64,000 nt of DNA. It comes from Malacoraja senta. Its lineage: Eukaryota. The position numbers and the translations under genes are program-made. The notes beneath the pieces are model-generated. The model did no database searches. It was given only the letters and a program-made list of their open reading frames with translations, and was not told where the DNA came from. Numbering within the stretch: the first letter of the stretch is position 1; the number at the start of each line of letters is the position of its first letter. Where the stretch lies: contig JAXLNO010006177.1 in assembly GCA_038087875.1 (NCBI GenBank), forward strand, positions 186,001 through 250,000. The letters are read 5' to 3'. Below are positions 32,685 through 45,870 of the stretch, piece after piece.

Positions 32685-35600
32685 TAGATTTTACAGGAAA
32701 CTCACATGAAACAACAAACACAAATGAGATTAAAGGCGAAGTGGATAGGTCAAACATACTATTCGTCATTTACTTCTAAATCTAGAGGTACGGCTATTCT
32801 TATCCGAAAAGGTATACCTTTTAAATTAAAGAATACTATATCAGATAAAGAGGGAAGGTATATTATAGTTTCGGGAGAAATTTATGCAAACCCACTAACT
32901 ATGATAAATATTTACACTCCGAACTTTGACAACCCCAAATTTTTTGATAAAATTATAGATATAATATCAGAGTTTAATTATCAGAATGTGATAATAGGAG
33001 GGGACTTCAATTGTGTTTTAGATCCTATCTAGACAAATCAGTAAAACAAAAGAGGAGTAATTTAAAATCTAAGACTAGTGAACTTTTAAATACATATATA
33101 AAAAAGACTAATATAGTAGATGTATGGAGATCTGCTAATCCAGCTGGAAGGGAATACTCGTTTTACTCTTCGGTACATAAAACTTATTCAAGAATTGATT
33201 ATTTTTTAGTGGATATGAAATTAATGCCATATACAATTAATCCAACATACCACATTAGTAGTATTTCTGATCACTCCCCATTGACATTTTCAGTAAAATT
33301 CGAGAGAATGCCGGGTAAAAAAATGTTTTGGAGGTTTAATACACATATTTTAAATGACATACAAGGTTATCAATATTTAAAACAACAAATGAAACTTTTT
33401 TTTGATACAAATGATATGCCAGGTACCTCGCCTTCTTTATTATGGGAAACTTTTAAGGCATTTATTAGAGGAATTATAATTTCATACGAAATTTTTCAAA
33501 ATAAAAAGAATAAGACAGAACAAATGTTGCTAGAACAAGAAATTAGACAGTTAGAGTTAGATAACGCTAAAGACCCCACTATAAATAAACATAATAAGAT
33601 AATATTACTGAAATTTAAACTTAATCGAATTCTATCGGCAAGAGTAATAAGATTATTCCAAATTACAAAACAGGAACATTTTGAGTTTGGTGACAAACCA
33701 CATAAGCTGTTAGCTCGTCAACTGAAAAAACAAGAACAAGAAAATACTATAAATAAAATTAAATCAGAGAATGGTGAATTACTAATACTACCTAAAGATA
33801 TTAATAAAAGATTTGCTCAATTTTATCAAAATTTATATACATCAAAAACTAAAATAGAAGATATTTAAAAAAAATTGTAGATTATTGTAATCTTCCAAAA
33901 CATGACCTTTTGGAACAAGAGGAACTTGGAGCGCAAATTACAATCGAAGAAATAGGTGAAACAATAAAATCGTTGAAAAATGGTAAGACGGGTTTAGTGA
34001 TGAATTTTATTTTAAAAAAATTATGAGATAACGACTCCTTATTTATTTAATTTATATACTCACGCTTTTAAAGAAAATAAACTACCTGAAACATTAGCAG
34101 AATCAACTATTACACTTATTCAAAAAAAAGATAAAGATCTAGAGGACCCGGGCTCATATAGAGCTATATCACTTTTAAATACAGATCAGAACATTCTAGC
34201 AAAGTCTTTAGCCAGAAGACTAAGCAAATATATTAGTAAATTGATAAACCCTGATCAAACGGGGTTTATACCCAAAAGATATTCATTTAATAATTTGAGA
34301 CGCTTGTTTAATATAATGTACTCACATAAAGTGGAGGAAGAAGATATATCAATTATTTCTTTGGACGCAGAGAAAGCATTTGATCAGGCAGTATTTATAC
34401 AAAGTATTGCAAAAATTTAATATGGGAGAGAATTTTATTACATGGGTGAAATTATTATATGATAAACCGATGGCAAGAATATTGACTAATAATATGTTAT
34501 CTCAAAAATTTCAATTATCAAGGGGTAATAGGCAGGGATGTGCGTTATCACCCCTGCTATTCGCCCTTATGATAGAACCTTTGGCTGAAAGTATAAGAAG
34601 TCATCCGAATATTCAGGGTAATAATACTAGGGACTCAAATAATAAAATGTCATTATATGCAAACGATATTCTTTTATATATTACAAAATCACAAACGAGC
34701 ATACCAAATGTATTAAACTTAATAGAGGAATTTGGGTCCTTTTCTGGATATAGAATAAATTGGAATAAAAGTGAAATCATGACGTTAAAACCTCAAGAAC
34801 CTATACACTTATTGAAGTTCCCCTTTAAAATAGCAACAGAAAAATTTAAATATCTGGGTATTCAGATTACTAGAAAACATAAAGCATTATTCAATGCTAA
34901 TTTTATACCTTTATTAAACAAACTTAATATACTGATTAAATTTTGGAAAACACTTCCTTTATCATTAATAGGTAGAATAAATGCTATAAAAATGATTTCT
35001 AGCACAACTATTATACCTATTTCAGTCTATACCAGTATATATACCAAAATATATATTTTTTTAAATTAGACTCGAATATTACTAATTTTATTTGGGATTA
35101 TAAATCACATAGAATTAAAAAAGAACACTTATGTAAACCAAAAGATGTCGGGGGACTTTCACTCCCGAATTTTCTGTATTATTATTGGGCAATACATATT
35201 AAGAATATAATTTACTGGTTGGATAGTTCTACCCAACAGACAGAATGGATAAAAATGGAGAAAGAAGATTGTTTTCCTTGTAATATAGGAACAATCCTCT
35301 TCACCCCGAAAAACCTGAACAATACAATATATAAGAAGAACCCAATTATACATGATACAATAAGAATATGGAAACAAATAAAATTATCCTTAAAATTAAG
35401 AAACCTATCATTGTTAATACCAATAGCGAATAATCCTTTATTTAAACCATCTCTTATGGACAAAACATATAATCAATGGGAAAGTTTAGGAATTAAAAGG
35501 ATCGGGGATATGTATGAAATGGGAAATTTATTATCATTTCAACAATTACAATTAAAATTTAAATTGAAAAACAACCATTATTTTAAATATCTTCAGATTT

Positions 35601-35739
35601 GCGATTTCTTGAAGAAATACATACAAGGATATCAAAAAATAACTCCTGATTTATTGGAAGAAGCAATGAATATTAAAGCTGATGCAAAAAAATTAATATC
35701 CTATTTATATAATAGTATTTTAAATATAGACCTACCAAC
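32685..35739 (+). mobile_element. L1-clade LINE ORF2, truncated and degenerate
   Basis: QETH...GGDFNCVLDP, YSRIDYFL, QGCALSPLLF, YANDILLY; several frameshifts. Confidence 0.9.
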
Positions 35740-35775
35740 CAAAGATACTAGAGGAACGTTCCTCTAGTATCTTTG
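35740..35775. mobile_element. 36-bp perfect palindrome with 8-bp TSD (TIR-only hAT-like micro-element)
   Basis: caaagatactagaggaac|gttcctctagtatctttg flanked on both sides by ctaccaac. Confidence 0.65.
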
Positions 35776-35940
35776 CTACCAACGACAACGGCGGGAGAAG
35801 GGACGCTTTAGGGCGGCGCACCGACGCTGGCAAAGCGGGACGGCGGGTCTTAGGCGTCCGGGTGGAGGGCGAAAGGCCGAATGTTGGTTCCGGGGTGTTT
35901 TTTTTTTTTTTTTTTGGTGCATTGAGAGTGGGGTGGAGAG

Positions 35941-36082
35941 NNNNNNNNNNNNNNNNNNNNNNNNNNNNNNNNNNNNNNNNNNNNNNNNNNNNNNNNNNNN
36001 NNNNNNNNNNNNNNNNNNNNNNNNNNNNNNNNNNNNNNNNNNNNNNNNNNNNNNNNNNNNNNNNNNNNNNNNNNNNNNNNNN
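35941..36082. other. Assembly gap
   Basis: Run of N. Confidence 1.
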
Positions 36083-36789
36083 AAGTATTCACCTCTCCCT
36101 CCCTCTCTGATCATCACGATGGCCCAGCGGTAGAGTTGCCACCTCACGGCGCCAGAGACCCCGGTTCCATCCCGGCCACGGGCGCTGTCTGTATGGAGTT
36201 TGCACGTTCTCTCTCCCCTTGACCTGCGTGGGTTTTCTCCGGGCGCTCCGGTTTCCTCCAACCAGGGCCGGATTTACGTTTGAGCCAGACAAGCTTAAGT
36301 TTAGGGCCTCGAGATCTAGGGGGGCCCCGGCCCGCTCCACCAAGGTGTATAAAACGTTTGACATAGTTGCGTTGTTACAAATCCTACCATCGGTGGCGCT
36401 GCGTTTGCGATTCCGGTGGATTTGGTGGTGGTGGGGGGGGGGGGTTTAAAATGCAGGTGAGGTTTATATTCATTGTGGAGAGGACCTCCTACACTTTGCC
36501 CTTTGACCCTGGCCACTCCACCGCCCTCCAGCAGCCCGCAGCCATCGCCTCACCTGCAGCCTGGACTCATCACCGGGCCTGAAGTCTCCACGCTGCAGAC
36601 TCCAACTCCCCTGGGTTTGACTGCGCTGGATCCTAGTACTCGTCACCCCACCCTGGTAACCTCAGTGGCTGTTCCACTGGGTCTTCACCATCCCCCTCAA
36701 ACCATGGGACCCCAGCTCTTCCACACCCACACTACAGTCCTCATACCCCCCGACCCCCTGACCACCCACCAACCCCCACCAGATATCAT

Positions 36790-37530
36790 ATAAACATAGA
36801 AAATAGGTGCAGGAGTAGAGGCCATTCGGCCCTTCGAGCCTGCACCGCCATTCAATATGATCATGGCTGATCATCCAACTCAGTATCCTGTACCTGCCTT
36901 CTCTCCATACCTCCTGATCCCTTTAGCCACAAGGGCCACATCTAACTCCCTCTTAAATATAGCCAATGAACTGGCCTCAACTACCTTCTGTGGCAGAGAA
37001 TTCCACAGATTCACCACTCTCTGTGAAAAATGTTTTTCTCATCTCGGTCCTAGAAGATTTCCCCTTATCCTTAAACTGTGACCCCTTGTCCTGGACTTCC
37101 CCAACATCGGGAACAATCTTCCTGCCTCTAGCATGTCCAATCCCTTAAGAATTTTGTAAGTTTCTATAAGATCCCCCCTCAATCTTCTAAATTCTAACGA
37201 GTACAAGCCGAGTCTATCCAGTCTTTCTTCATATGAAAGTCCTGACATCCCAGGAATCAGTCTGGTGAACCTTCTCTGTACTCCCTCTATGGCAGGAATG
37301 TCTTTCCTCAGATTAGGAGACCAAAACTGTATGAAATACTCCAGGGGTGGTCTCACCAAGACACTGTACAACTGCAATAGAACCTCCCTGCTCCTATACT
37401 CAAATCCATTTGCTATGAATACTAACATACCATTCGCTTTCTTCACTGCCTGCTGCACCTGCATGCCTACTTTCAATGACTGGTGTACCATGACACCCAG
37501 GTCTCGTTGCATCTCCCCTTTTCCTAATCG
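36790..37530 (-). mobile_element. CR1 3' portion
   Basis: QRDLGVMVHQSLKV...LEYFIQFWSP...; tail near 36795. Confidence 0.88.
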
Positions 37531-38504
37531 GCCACCATCGCCTCAGTCCACCCACCTGCCTTCCTCCCTCCGGCCCCAACCCCCATCCCTGCCGTGTGTT
37601 CACCATCCCCCCTGACCCCCCCTCTCAGATACCGAACGGTCTGTCCTCAGCAGAGGCCACACCTTTGTCCCCCTCCATCCCCACCGCAATGAGTTCCGCG
37701 CCCGCCTTGATTTGGAGCTCTTCTTCCCTCGCCTCCGCCTCACACCGTTCTTCCACGGGAAGGAGTCCTCGCCCCCATTGATGATCCCTTTTCCCGTCTC
37801 CAACGGACCCCATCCTCTTGGACCCCCCCCCCCCCATGGCCATTGGGATAGTCGAGGACGGAGTTGAAGGGAAAGAGAGTAAAGGGAGGGTTAATGATCC
37901 CTGAATTGATCCTCTCCACATCCACTCTATCCAAGCTTTTCACTATTTGGTATGATTCAATGAGGTCCCCCCTTATTCTTCTAAAATCCAGCGAGTACAG
38001 GTCCACTGCCATCAAATGCTCATCATATGTTAATCCATTAATTCCTGGGATCATTCTTGTACACCTCCTCTGGACCCTCTATAGAGCCAGCACATGCTTC
38101 CTCAGATATGGTGCCCAAAATTGCTCACAATGCTCCAAATGTGGCTTGACTGGTGCCTTATAGAACCTCAGCATCCCTGCTTGACAGTGAGAAAATGCAA
38201 TTGATATCTTTCATATTAGTTAACCATGGATTTTCTTGACCACAGTTGACAGCCCCTAATGGGATTGCATCTCTTTCACACATCTCTATAGAGCATAGCG
38301 TTAAGCTTCGCAGGGCAAAATTTACACGAGTTGTGCAGGTCAAGTGTTTTTTTGCAGAGAGAGCTTGATACCTAGAATGCGCTACCAGGAGTGGTGGTAG
38401 AGGAGGACATGATAATGGTGCTTAAGAAGGTTTTGGACAGGCTTGTGGTTATGCAGGGAATACAAGGATATGGATCACATGCAGGCAGTGGAGATGAGTT
38501 TTGG

Positions 38505-38790
38505 TTTAGTTTAGAGATAGAGTATGGAAACAGGAACTTTGGGCCACTGAGTCCGCACTGACCAGCAATTGCCCATTCACTATTTCTGTCCAACAAGCTA
38601 GGGACAATTTACAGAAGCCAATTAACCTACAAACCTGCACGTCTTTTGTATTTGGGAGGAAACCGGAGCCCTCAGAGAAAACCCACAGGGTGACAGAGGG
38701 AATGTGCAAACTCCGTCCAGACAGCAGTCAGAATCGAACCCGGGTCTATAATGTTGTAAGACAGCCACTCTATCACTGTGCCTCTGTGTT
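38505..38790 (-). mobile_element. tRNA-derived SINE
   Basis: Same family as 22167-22455, reverse orientation. Confidence 0.7.
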
Positions 38791-40862
38791 GCCTTAGTTT
38801 AACTTGGGATCCTGTTCCACATGGATATTGCAGGCTGAAAGTCCTGTTCGTACTGTTCTATGTTCTATATATTCTCATTGGACAGGGCAGGGATATGTTT
38901 TCCACTCCTCCAGCCTCCATGTTGAATACTTACTCCCAGTTTAAATCTGATTCAATTAGTCAATCCATTTCTCCCTCCCCTCCTGCCCTGATCCCCATTC
39001 TATATCTTGAAGTAGTCATTCCCTTTTTCACCCCCTGGTCTGTCTACTATTCCCACAACATTCCTCTACTTTCCTGTCTTGGTGCATGCAACATCTATCC
39101 ATTTACCTCTCCCTTCCCACTGTCCATAGACCCAGGTAGTTCTTCAAAGTGAAACAGCGTGAAACACTTGGACTTCCAGTCAAATCTACTGCATTTGGTT
39201 TTCATGACGTAATCTTCCACATTGCATCAATGAAACAAATAGAATGGCTGCTTTCTGGAGAACCTGCATTCAATCCATGGAACTTTCTAAGATTCCTAAT
39301 TCCTGCCACTTTAATTCTCCATTCAACACCCACCATGATCCATCCATCTGTACCTCTTACACTAGGATAACAAGGGTGAAAGTAACCTAGAGGAATAACA
39401 ACTCAGCTTCTGCCTTGACATGTTGCAGCCTTTCACCCTCAATTCCACATTCAACGAGTTGCATTCCCTGCCAATAAAAGAACTGGTCATTTCAACTGTT
39501 AAGTTGAAGTCAGAAAGAACAGATGCAAGAAGTATGAAGCAGGATCCCAAGCTGAAACATTACATAACCATGTCTTCCAGATGCTGCCTGAACCACTGAG
39601 TTACTCCAGCTTTTTGTGTCTATCTGCAGTGAAATGGTTGTTCTGCATTCTCTCCAGTCAAGTCATAATGTACATAAGTACAATACGTCCACTTCTGGAA
39701 CAGCACGCAGAGATCCACCACATTCCAGGGACTATCTTGCAGCTTCCAAGTCTCTGAAAAGTCTGATTTTGCCCTAAGGAAATACCCAATTTCTCATTTT
39801 CTCATGTTAAGGCCCAGTGTCATAACAGCACTGGATTGATGAACTAGAGGCGCCTGCCTCAGTTTAAGTTTTTCTGTTTCAAGATTATGATCAAACCTTC
39901 ATCACTGAACTGTGTCGCAGTGCCACCCATTACGTATCAGTCCCAATTATCTTTCAACATGCAGGAATCACTTGTTTTTTTATCCATTTAAGACTTTTTT
40001 CATGAATTGTTCAGCATAAACAGTTATGCTACAAAAGTTAAGCGCAGCTACCACTTATTTCCAGATACGTAACAACACAAGAGATAGTGTTGGAAGAATA
40101 ATCAAACTCACACATAGTGTTTAGAATCCATAGTCTATTATTAGTAACTCTGCAGAGGAAACACAAGGTGCTTTCTTCTCAGCATGCTTACTACCAGTCT
40201 ACCAGAGAGAGAGAGGGAGAGAGAGAGAGAGCTGTCTAATAAGCCTGTGGGCGGAGCCACAGTATGAGTGACACTAATCTACAGATAGACACAGGGGTAA
40301 GTTGCGGTTTAATATTGTCACGTTTAGTTTCGAGGTACAGCATGGAAATAGGCCTTTTGGCCCACTGAACCTGTGCTGACTAACGACCACCCAAATATTA
40401 GTTCTATCCTGCACACTAGGGACAATTTACAGAAGCCAAAAAACTTACAAACCTGCACGTCTTTGAATGTGACGGAACTGTAGCACCCGGAGATAACTCA
40501 CATGGTCACAGGGAGAATATATGAACTCTATATAGACAGCACCCATTGTCAGGATTGAACTTTAGTCTGTGGTACTGTAAGGCAGCAACTTTCCAGGTAC
40601 AGTTGCATGCTCTCCAATTGGATGAGATAACAACATACATAAATATGACCAAGTCAACTCAAGTACTGTAGGTAGAGCAAAGGGGAAGGTACAGAGTGTG
40701 GCATATAGTTCTCAGCAATGTAGCACACCAGTTCCATTAGATAAGGGTTTCGACATGAAACGTGACACATTCCTTCTCTCCAGAGATGCTGCCTGACCCG
40801 TTGAGTTACTCTCGCATTTTGTGTCTATCTGCGGTTTAAACTAGCATCTACAGTTCCTTCCT

Positions 40863-41280
40863 GCATAATAATAATAATAATAATGAATTTTATTTACGGG
40901 CGCCTTATACCGAGGTCTCAAGGACACCTTACAGAGATGTATAGGAAACATATAATCAGCATTTAAAAAAAAAATAATAAGTTATAAAGACCAATACACA
41001 AGTCGGCTTCGCCGCCCGCCCGCGGATGGTCGCTGCACAGTCCCGCAGCCCGGAGGTGTTGAGCTCGGCGGTCCAGCTCACCGGAGCTCCAACGCGTCGG
41101 TCCAGCGCGGCGACCCAGGCAAGGCTTAGCCCGCTCCGCTGCACAATAGCGCTCCAGCGCCGTGCCGCCACCGAAGCTGAGGGTGCTGTGCGGTCCCCGG
41201 CAGGAAACGCCGCTCCACGCCCGCTGGTAGGCCGCGAGGACGGGTCGACTGGGCAGCCGGAGAGCATAGTTCTATAAACA
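40863..41280 (-). mobile_element. LINE/SINE 3' end with (TTA)n tail (L2-like terminus)
   Basis: Minus strand gtaaggtgtccttgagac...aaggcgccc..aaataaaa..ttattattatt; a related copy lies at 51226-51622. Confidence 0.55.
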
Positions 41281-41946
41281 AAGTCCACTGTCTGTATTGG
41301 GGTAGTGGTCAATTGGACAGTACCCTAGCTTATGGAACACTCATTCAGAAGTCTGATTTTCTCCTCGGTTATCAAGTTTCCGAGTAAGCCATTTGGTACT
41401 CTAACCTGCCCACCATTCAATATGACCATGGCTGACGTTCCTCAGGCATCAATTCGGTGTCAGTTCCTCATTGCACTCAATTCTCCAATCTTTCAAAAGT
41501 TTAACTACCGCCACATTAAATACTTCCAATGATTTTGTCTTCACAAATCTCTGGGGTCAAGAGCGCCAGAGAATAAACACACTCTGCAAAAAGAGATTTT
41601 GTAAACAGATGACTGGTCTCTTTTATCTCTTATTGAAGAGGAGTGAAAATACTGCCAATTTTAAGCTTGCCCCTCCGCAATTGGCCCTCATTTCGTAAAT
41701 TGTCAATTATTTATTATTGTCAATAATGTGCCCTACTGAAAAGATTTGCCGTTGGTATTAGTTTATTATTGTCACGTGAACTGAGATATAGTCAAACGTT
41801 TGTCTGTGTTTCTTGATGGGACGAAAGAAGCAAAGCGTGGTAGATGTGGACAGTAACTTGGTTGTTGTAGTAGACTGAAGAATATTTTGTGGTAGGTGAC
41901 TGCAAGTTTTACTGAAGGTGAAAATAACCATCTTACTGTCTTGTAG

Positions 41947-42150
41947 TTTCTCCTGAGGTATCTCTCGCTGCCCACCCTGATGATCATTCAGTCCTGTACT
42001 GCACTGTGTTTGGATTTTACCCACCGGCCATCAATGTCAGCTGGTTGCAGAATGGTCAAAATGTCTCTGAGTATGATCCGTATGATGGGAAACAGTATTC
42101 CTGTCATGTCGATCACAGCAGCGTGCCCGGTGGGAAGACCATCATCTGGG
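41947..42150 (+). pseudogene. MHC class I-like alpha3 (Ig-C1) exon with an internal in-frame deletion
   Basis: cttgtag|...|gtaag, phase 1-1: SPEVSL...VLYCTVFGFYPPAINVSWLQNGQNVSE/YDPYDGKQYSCHVDHSSVPGGKTIIW; only 33 aa between the cysteines. Confidence 0.75.
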
Positions 42151-43648
42151 GTAAGAACATTAAATATTCATTCATAGATAATCATTATCTTCTGTTGTAT
42201 CCATTTTAATCATTGTGAATACATCCCATATTCCAAGATGCTTAAACTTTCTTTGTTTAGTGGTGTTGCTCTAAGTAATCACGTAATCAGCACCCACTCT
42301 CCATATGAGCAGAAGACTTTGTCAACAGAAAATGTATCAAAAGTAAATAAATAACTAATATACAAGGAAGGAGTATTTGAGATTCTCAGTGGTGGAACTG
42401 AAATCCATGAAAGGTATGTTCAAATAAAAAATGAATCTATCCTCATGATGTGATTAACAGCAAGGCACTGGGGGAGTACATGCCCCAATCCGAATCAATG
42501 GTCCGAAGTGGAAATGATTGAGAGCTTCATGTTCCTTGGCATGAATATATCCAATATTCGGTCATGGACTGGCCACATAGCCAAGGAGGCACACCAACAC
42601 CTCTACTTCCTCAGGAGACTGAGGATATTCATCATGTCTCTGGTGACTCCAGCAAACATCTATAGATGCTGCTAGAGAAAGCATGTTGTTGGGTTGCATC
42701 ACATCTTGATTTGGGAACTGCACTGCCCAAGACTGCAAGAATATACAAAGAGTTAAAGATCATCACACAGCCCAGACTTCCCACTATTGATTCAGTCTAC
42801 ACCAGGTTGCCTTCGAAAACGAGACTTATCCCACCCCGGTCATTCCTCCTTCCTGCTCCCATCAGGCAATAGGTACAGAAAGTTGAAAGTATACACTGCC
42901 AGACTCAGGAACACCCCCTTTCCACCTGTTAACAGGCTTGAGAAGGGTCCTTCCATAATGTAGGTTTAATGCCCAATTTACCTCAACCTCATTGCACATT
43001 GAACATTGTCTATGGAACTGATGCGTTACAATGTTGAGAACTATATTCTGTACTCTGTATCCTCCTCTTTGCTCTATCTATTGTTTTTGAGTTTGTATTT
43101 ATGTATAGTTTTATAATTTGTTTGGATAGCATACAAAACAAACCTTTGCTCTTATTTTGAAACATCTGGCATTAATAAAACTAAACCTAATGAAGTAAGT
43201 TCCATGACGCAAGTTACAGATTCAGCAACAACAAATATAGCTGCCTGACAAACAGCGATCGTACTAGTTTGAATCCAGGTATGCTGCACTAACCTACACA
43301 AATGTTCACTTTTGAAGATTCCCTCGAACAATGCACAACTAAGGAATCTGATATTTCACTCTGAAGACTGTTGACATACTCCAGAACTTAATTTCCAACC
43401 TATCTATGTATCATCAGCAATCTAGGCTACAGCGCCATCAGCCCTTTCTTCTGCTCTTAATACCAACGATAAGTAGTTCACTTTCTTGCATTGATTCCCA
43501 ACCTGCAGTTGCAGTTTCCTAACCTGAACACTCCTTTAAGACAACTCTCTGCTTGCTCTTAATTGTTTTTTCCATTCATGCTAATTATTACCCCCAATGT
43601 CATAAGCCTTTGCATCACTAGATTGATATCTTATGAAAATCCAGATAT

Positions 43649-43881
43649 TGTGGCGACATCTGGTGGTCAGGCCACTTATTGCTAGAACCCTCGTCAGGGG
43701 AGCTGGGACTATCACATGACAGGGTTTTGGTGGGAGTTGGTGATGAATCAGTCGCCAGTCAACTGGTGTGCCCGATTACAACGGCAGGAACTTTGCTCAA
43801 GTCCTTACTAAACGCGAGTGGGCCAAAACTGTATTTCTTTAAAAAAAACATTGATTTGTTCACGACGTTTGGATCTCTACA
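43649..43881. mobile_element. Solo LTR
   Basis: 233 bp, TG...CA termini, 4-bp TSD atat (43645-43648 and 43882-43885). Confidence 0.7.
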
Positions 43882-44836
43882 ATATATTGTATTTATTTTG
43901 TTTCTCATTCCAATTGTGTTACCTATTCTGCTTTTCCATCATTTAGTTTTTGAATTTTAGACTGTGCACACCTGCTGCTCGAATATACATTGTCTACGGT
44001 TTCCTGTTGCATTTTCAAAGAATTCTAATCAATTTCTCAAAAAAAGTTTGAAGAAGGGTCCCAAAACGAAACGTCACCGGTCCATGTGTAGGGAGAAACT
44101 GCAAATGCTGGTTTACACCGAAGATGGACACAAATTACTGGAATAACTCAGCTGGTCAGCCAGCATCTCTGGAGAAAAGGAATAGGTGATGAATCCATGT
44201 TCGCCAGAGATGCTGCCTGTTCCGCTGAGTTACTCCAGCATTTTGTGTCTATTATGTATATTCTTTCCGCTGACTGATTAGCACGTAACAAAAGCTTTTC
44301 ACTGTACCTCAATACATGTGACAATAAACTAAACTAAAGCTTTTGTGTAAATCAGTGTCTGCATCTCTTTCTTTCTACATTTATCCTGTTAATGCCCTGA
44401 TAATACACTTTATTGTTTTGTTATTACTTAAATGTTCTGCCATTATTGAAAGGAATCCAGCATTTTCCCCAAAACAAATGTTAGTTTATATAGTGTTAAA
44501 GCTTTCTGCTTTCAATTCAACTTCTTTCTTGAATTAAGTTGTGGCTGTGATGGTGCCATAGATCATAGAGTTGTACAGAACAGATATTGTCCCTTTGCCA
44601 TGCTGCAGAACTCCGTGATTCAAAACACCATATCATCTTATATACCTTGAAAAGCCCCAAAGATAGACACACAATGCTGGAGTAACTCAGCGGTCAGGTA
44701 ACATCTCTGGAGAAAAGGAATAGGTGGCATTTCGGGTCGAGACCCTTCTTCACTCTGAAGTCTTCAGACAGTGCCCATCTATTTAGCTGCACAGCTTAAC
44801 AATTGATTTGTAAAATTATGCATTCTTATTTTTCAG

Positions 44837-44943
44837 AAGGAAATAGGAGAAAGACAGGCACATAGGCCTTATTGCCGTGTGTGTGCTGATATTGCTGGCT
44901 ATTGTCTTGGCAGTAATTGTTTGGTGGAGAAAAAAGAGGAGAT
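44837..44943 (+). pseudogene. MHC class I-like transmembrane exon, frameshifted
   Basis: ttttcag|...|gtaaga; HIGLIAVCVLILLAIVLAVIVWWRKKRR; 107 nt is not a multiple of 3, so it is out of frame with the alpha3 exon. Confidence 0.6.
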
Positions 44944-45589
44944 GTAAGATGGAAAAATTGTGATGCAATGTTGCTAGTAAAGGTATTGGGCTTGAAGAAA
45001 TGATCGATCTCAAGTAGGATAAGGCAGCAGCTACACCTGAAATGCCTCGACAGTCACCACTTTCAACTAGCCTTTGTGCTGTTGTTAAATGTTTCTGATA
45101 ATCAGATATTTAAAAATTGTGAATTCAGTGTAAAAAAATGTTATACATTATGGATTCACTGCCCCAAATCCTAGAAATATCAATGAGTCATTAAAAAGTA
45201 CAGCATGCAAGTAGTCCTTTCGGCGTACCGTGTCCATGCCAACCACCAACCACCTGTTCTCATGAATTCTATCTCATTGCACCTTCTCATCCAGTCACCC
45301 ACCCACTAGGGGCAATTTACAGTGGCCAATTAAACTATAAACTGACACATCTTAGGATGTGTGAGGAAACCGGAGCCCCGGAGGGATCCAATGTGGTTAC
45401 ACGGAGAACGTGCAAACTCCACATAGATGGCACTCGAGGTCAAAATTGAACCCGGGTCTGTGTCGCTGTGAGGCAGCAGCTCTATGAGTTGTGACACTGT
45501 GCTGCTCTGTTGGGGGCTCGCACTGTTCATGATCCAAGTCAGCTATGAGGCAGATTGGTTGCAGTTTAACGTTTACTAGTTTTGTTTAG

Positions 45590-45870
45590 TTTAATTTAGA
45601 GATACAGTAACGAAACAGGCCCTTCGGCCCACTGTGTCTGAGCTGACCAGCGATCCCCGCACAATAACACTATCCTATACATGCATACCAAGCCAATTAA
45701 CCTACATACCTGTACGTCTTTGGAGTGTGGGAGGAAACCTTAGATCTCGGAGAAAACCCACGCGGTCACGGGGAGAACGTACAAACTTTGTACAGACAGC
45801 ATCAGTAGTCGGGATCGAACCCGGGTCTCCGGTGCTGCAAGCACTGTAAGGCAGCAACTCTACCGCTGCA
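45590..45870 (-). mobile_element. tRNA-derived SINE
   Basis: Well-preserved copy; B-box gttcgatccc on the minus strand at about 45810-45822. Confidence 0.75.

Noticed and set aside
36262-36345. MITE beginning cagggccggattta inserted in a SINE
   Set aside because: No matching second TIR or TSD was found, so it is not supportable.
39360-41940. MHC alpha1/alpha2 exons upstream of the Ig-C1 exon
   Set aside because: No GCE, YDG.D or W/C-EW motifs in any frame checked; the region is SINE, CR1 and Penelope remnants.
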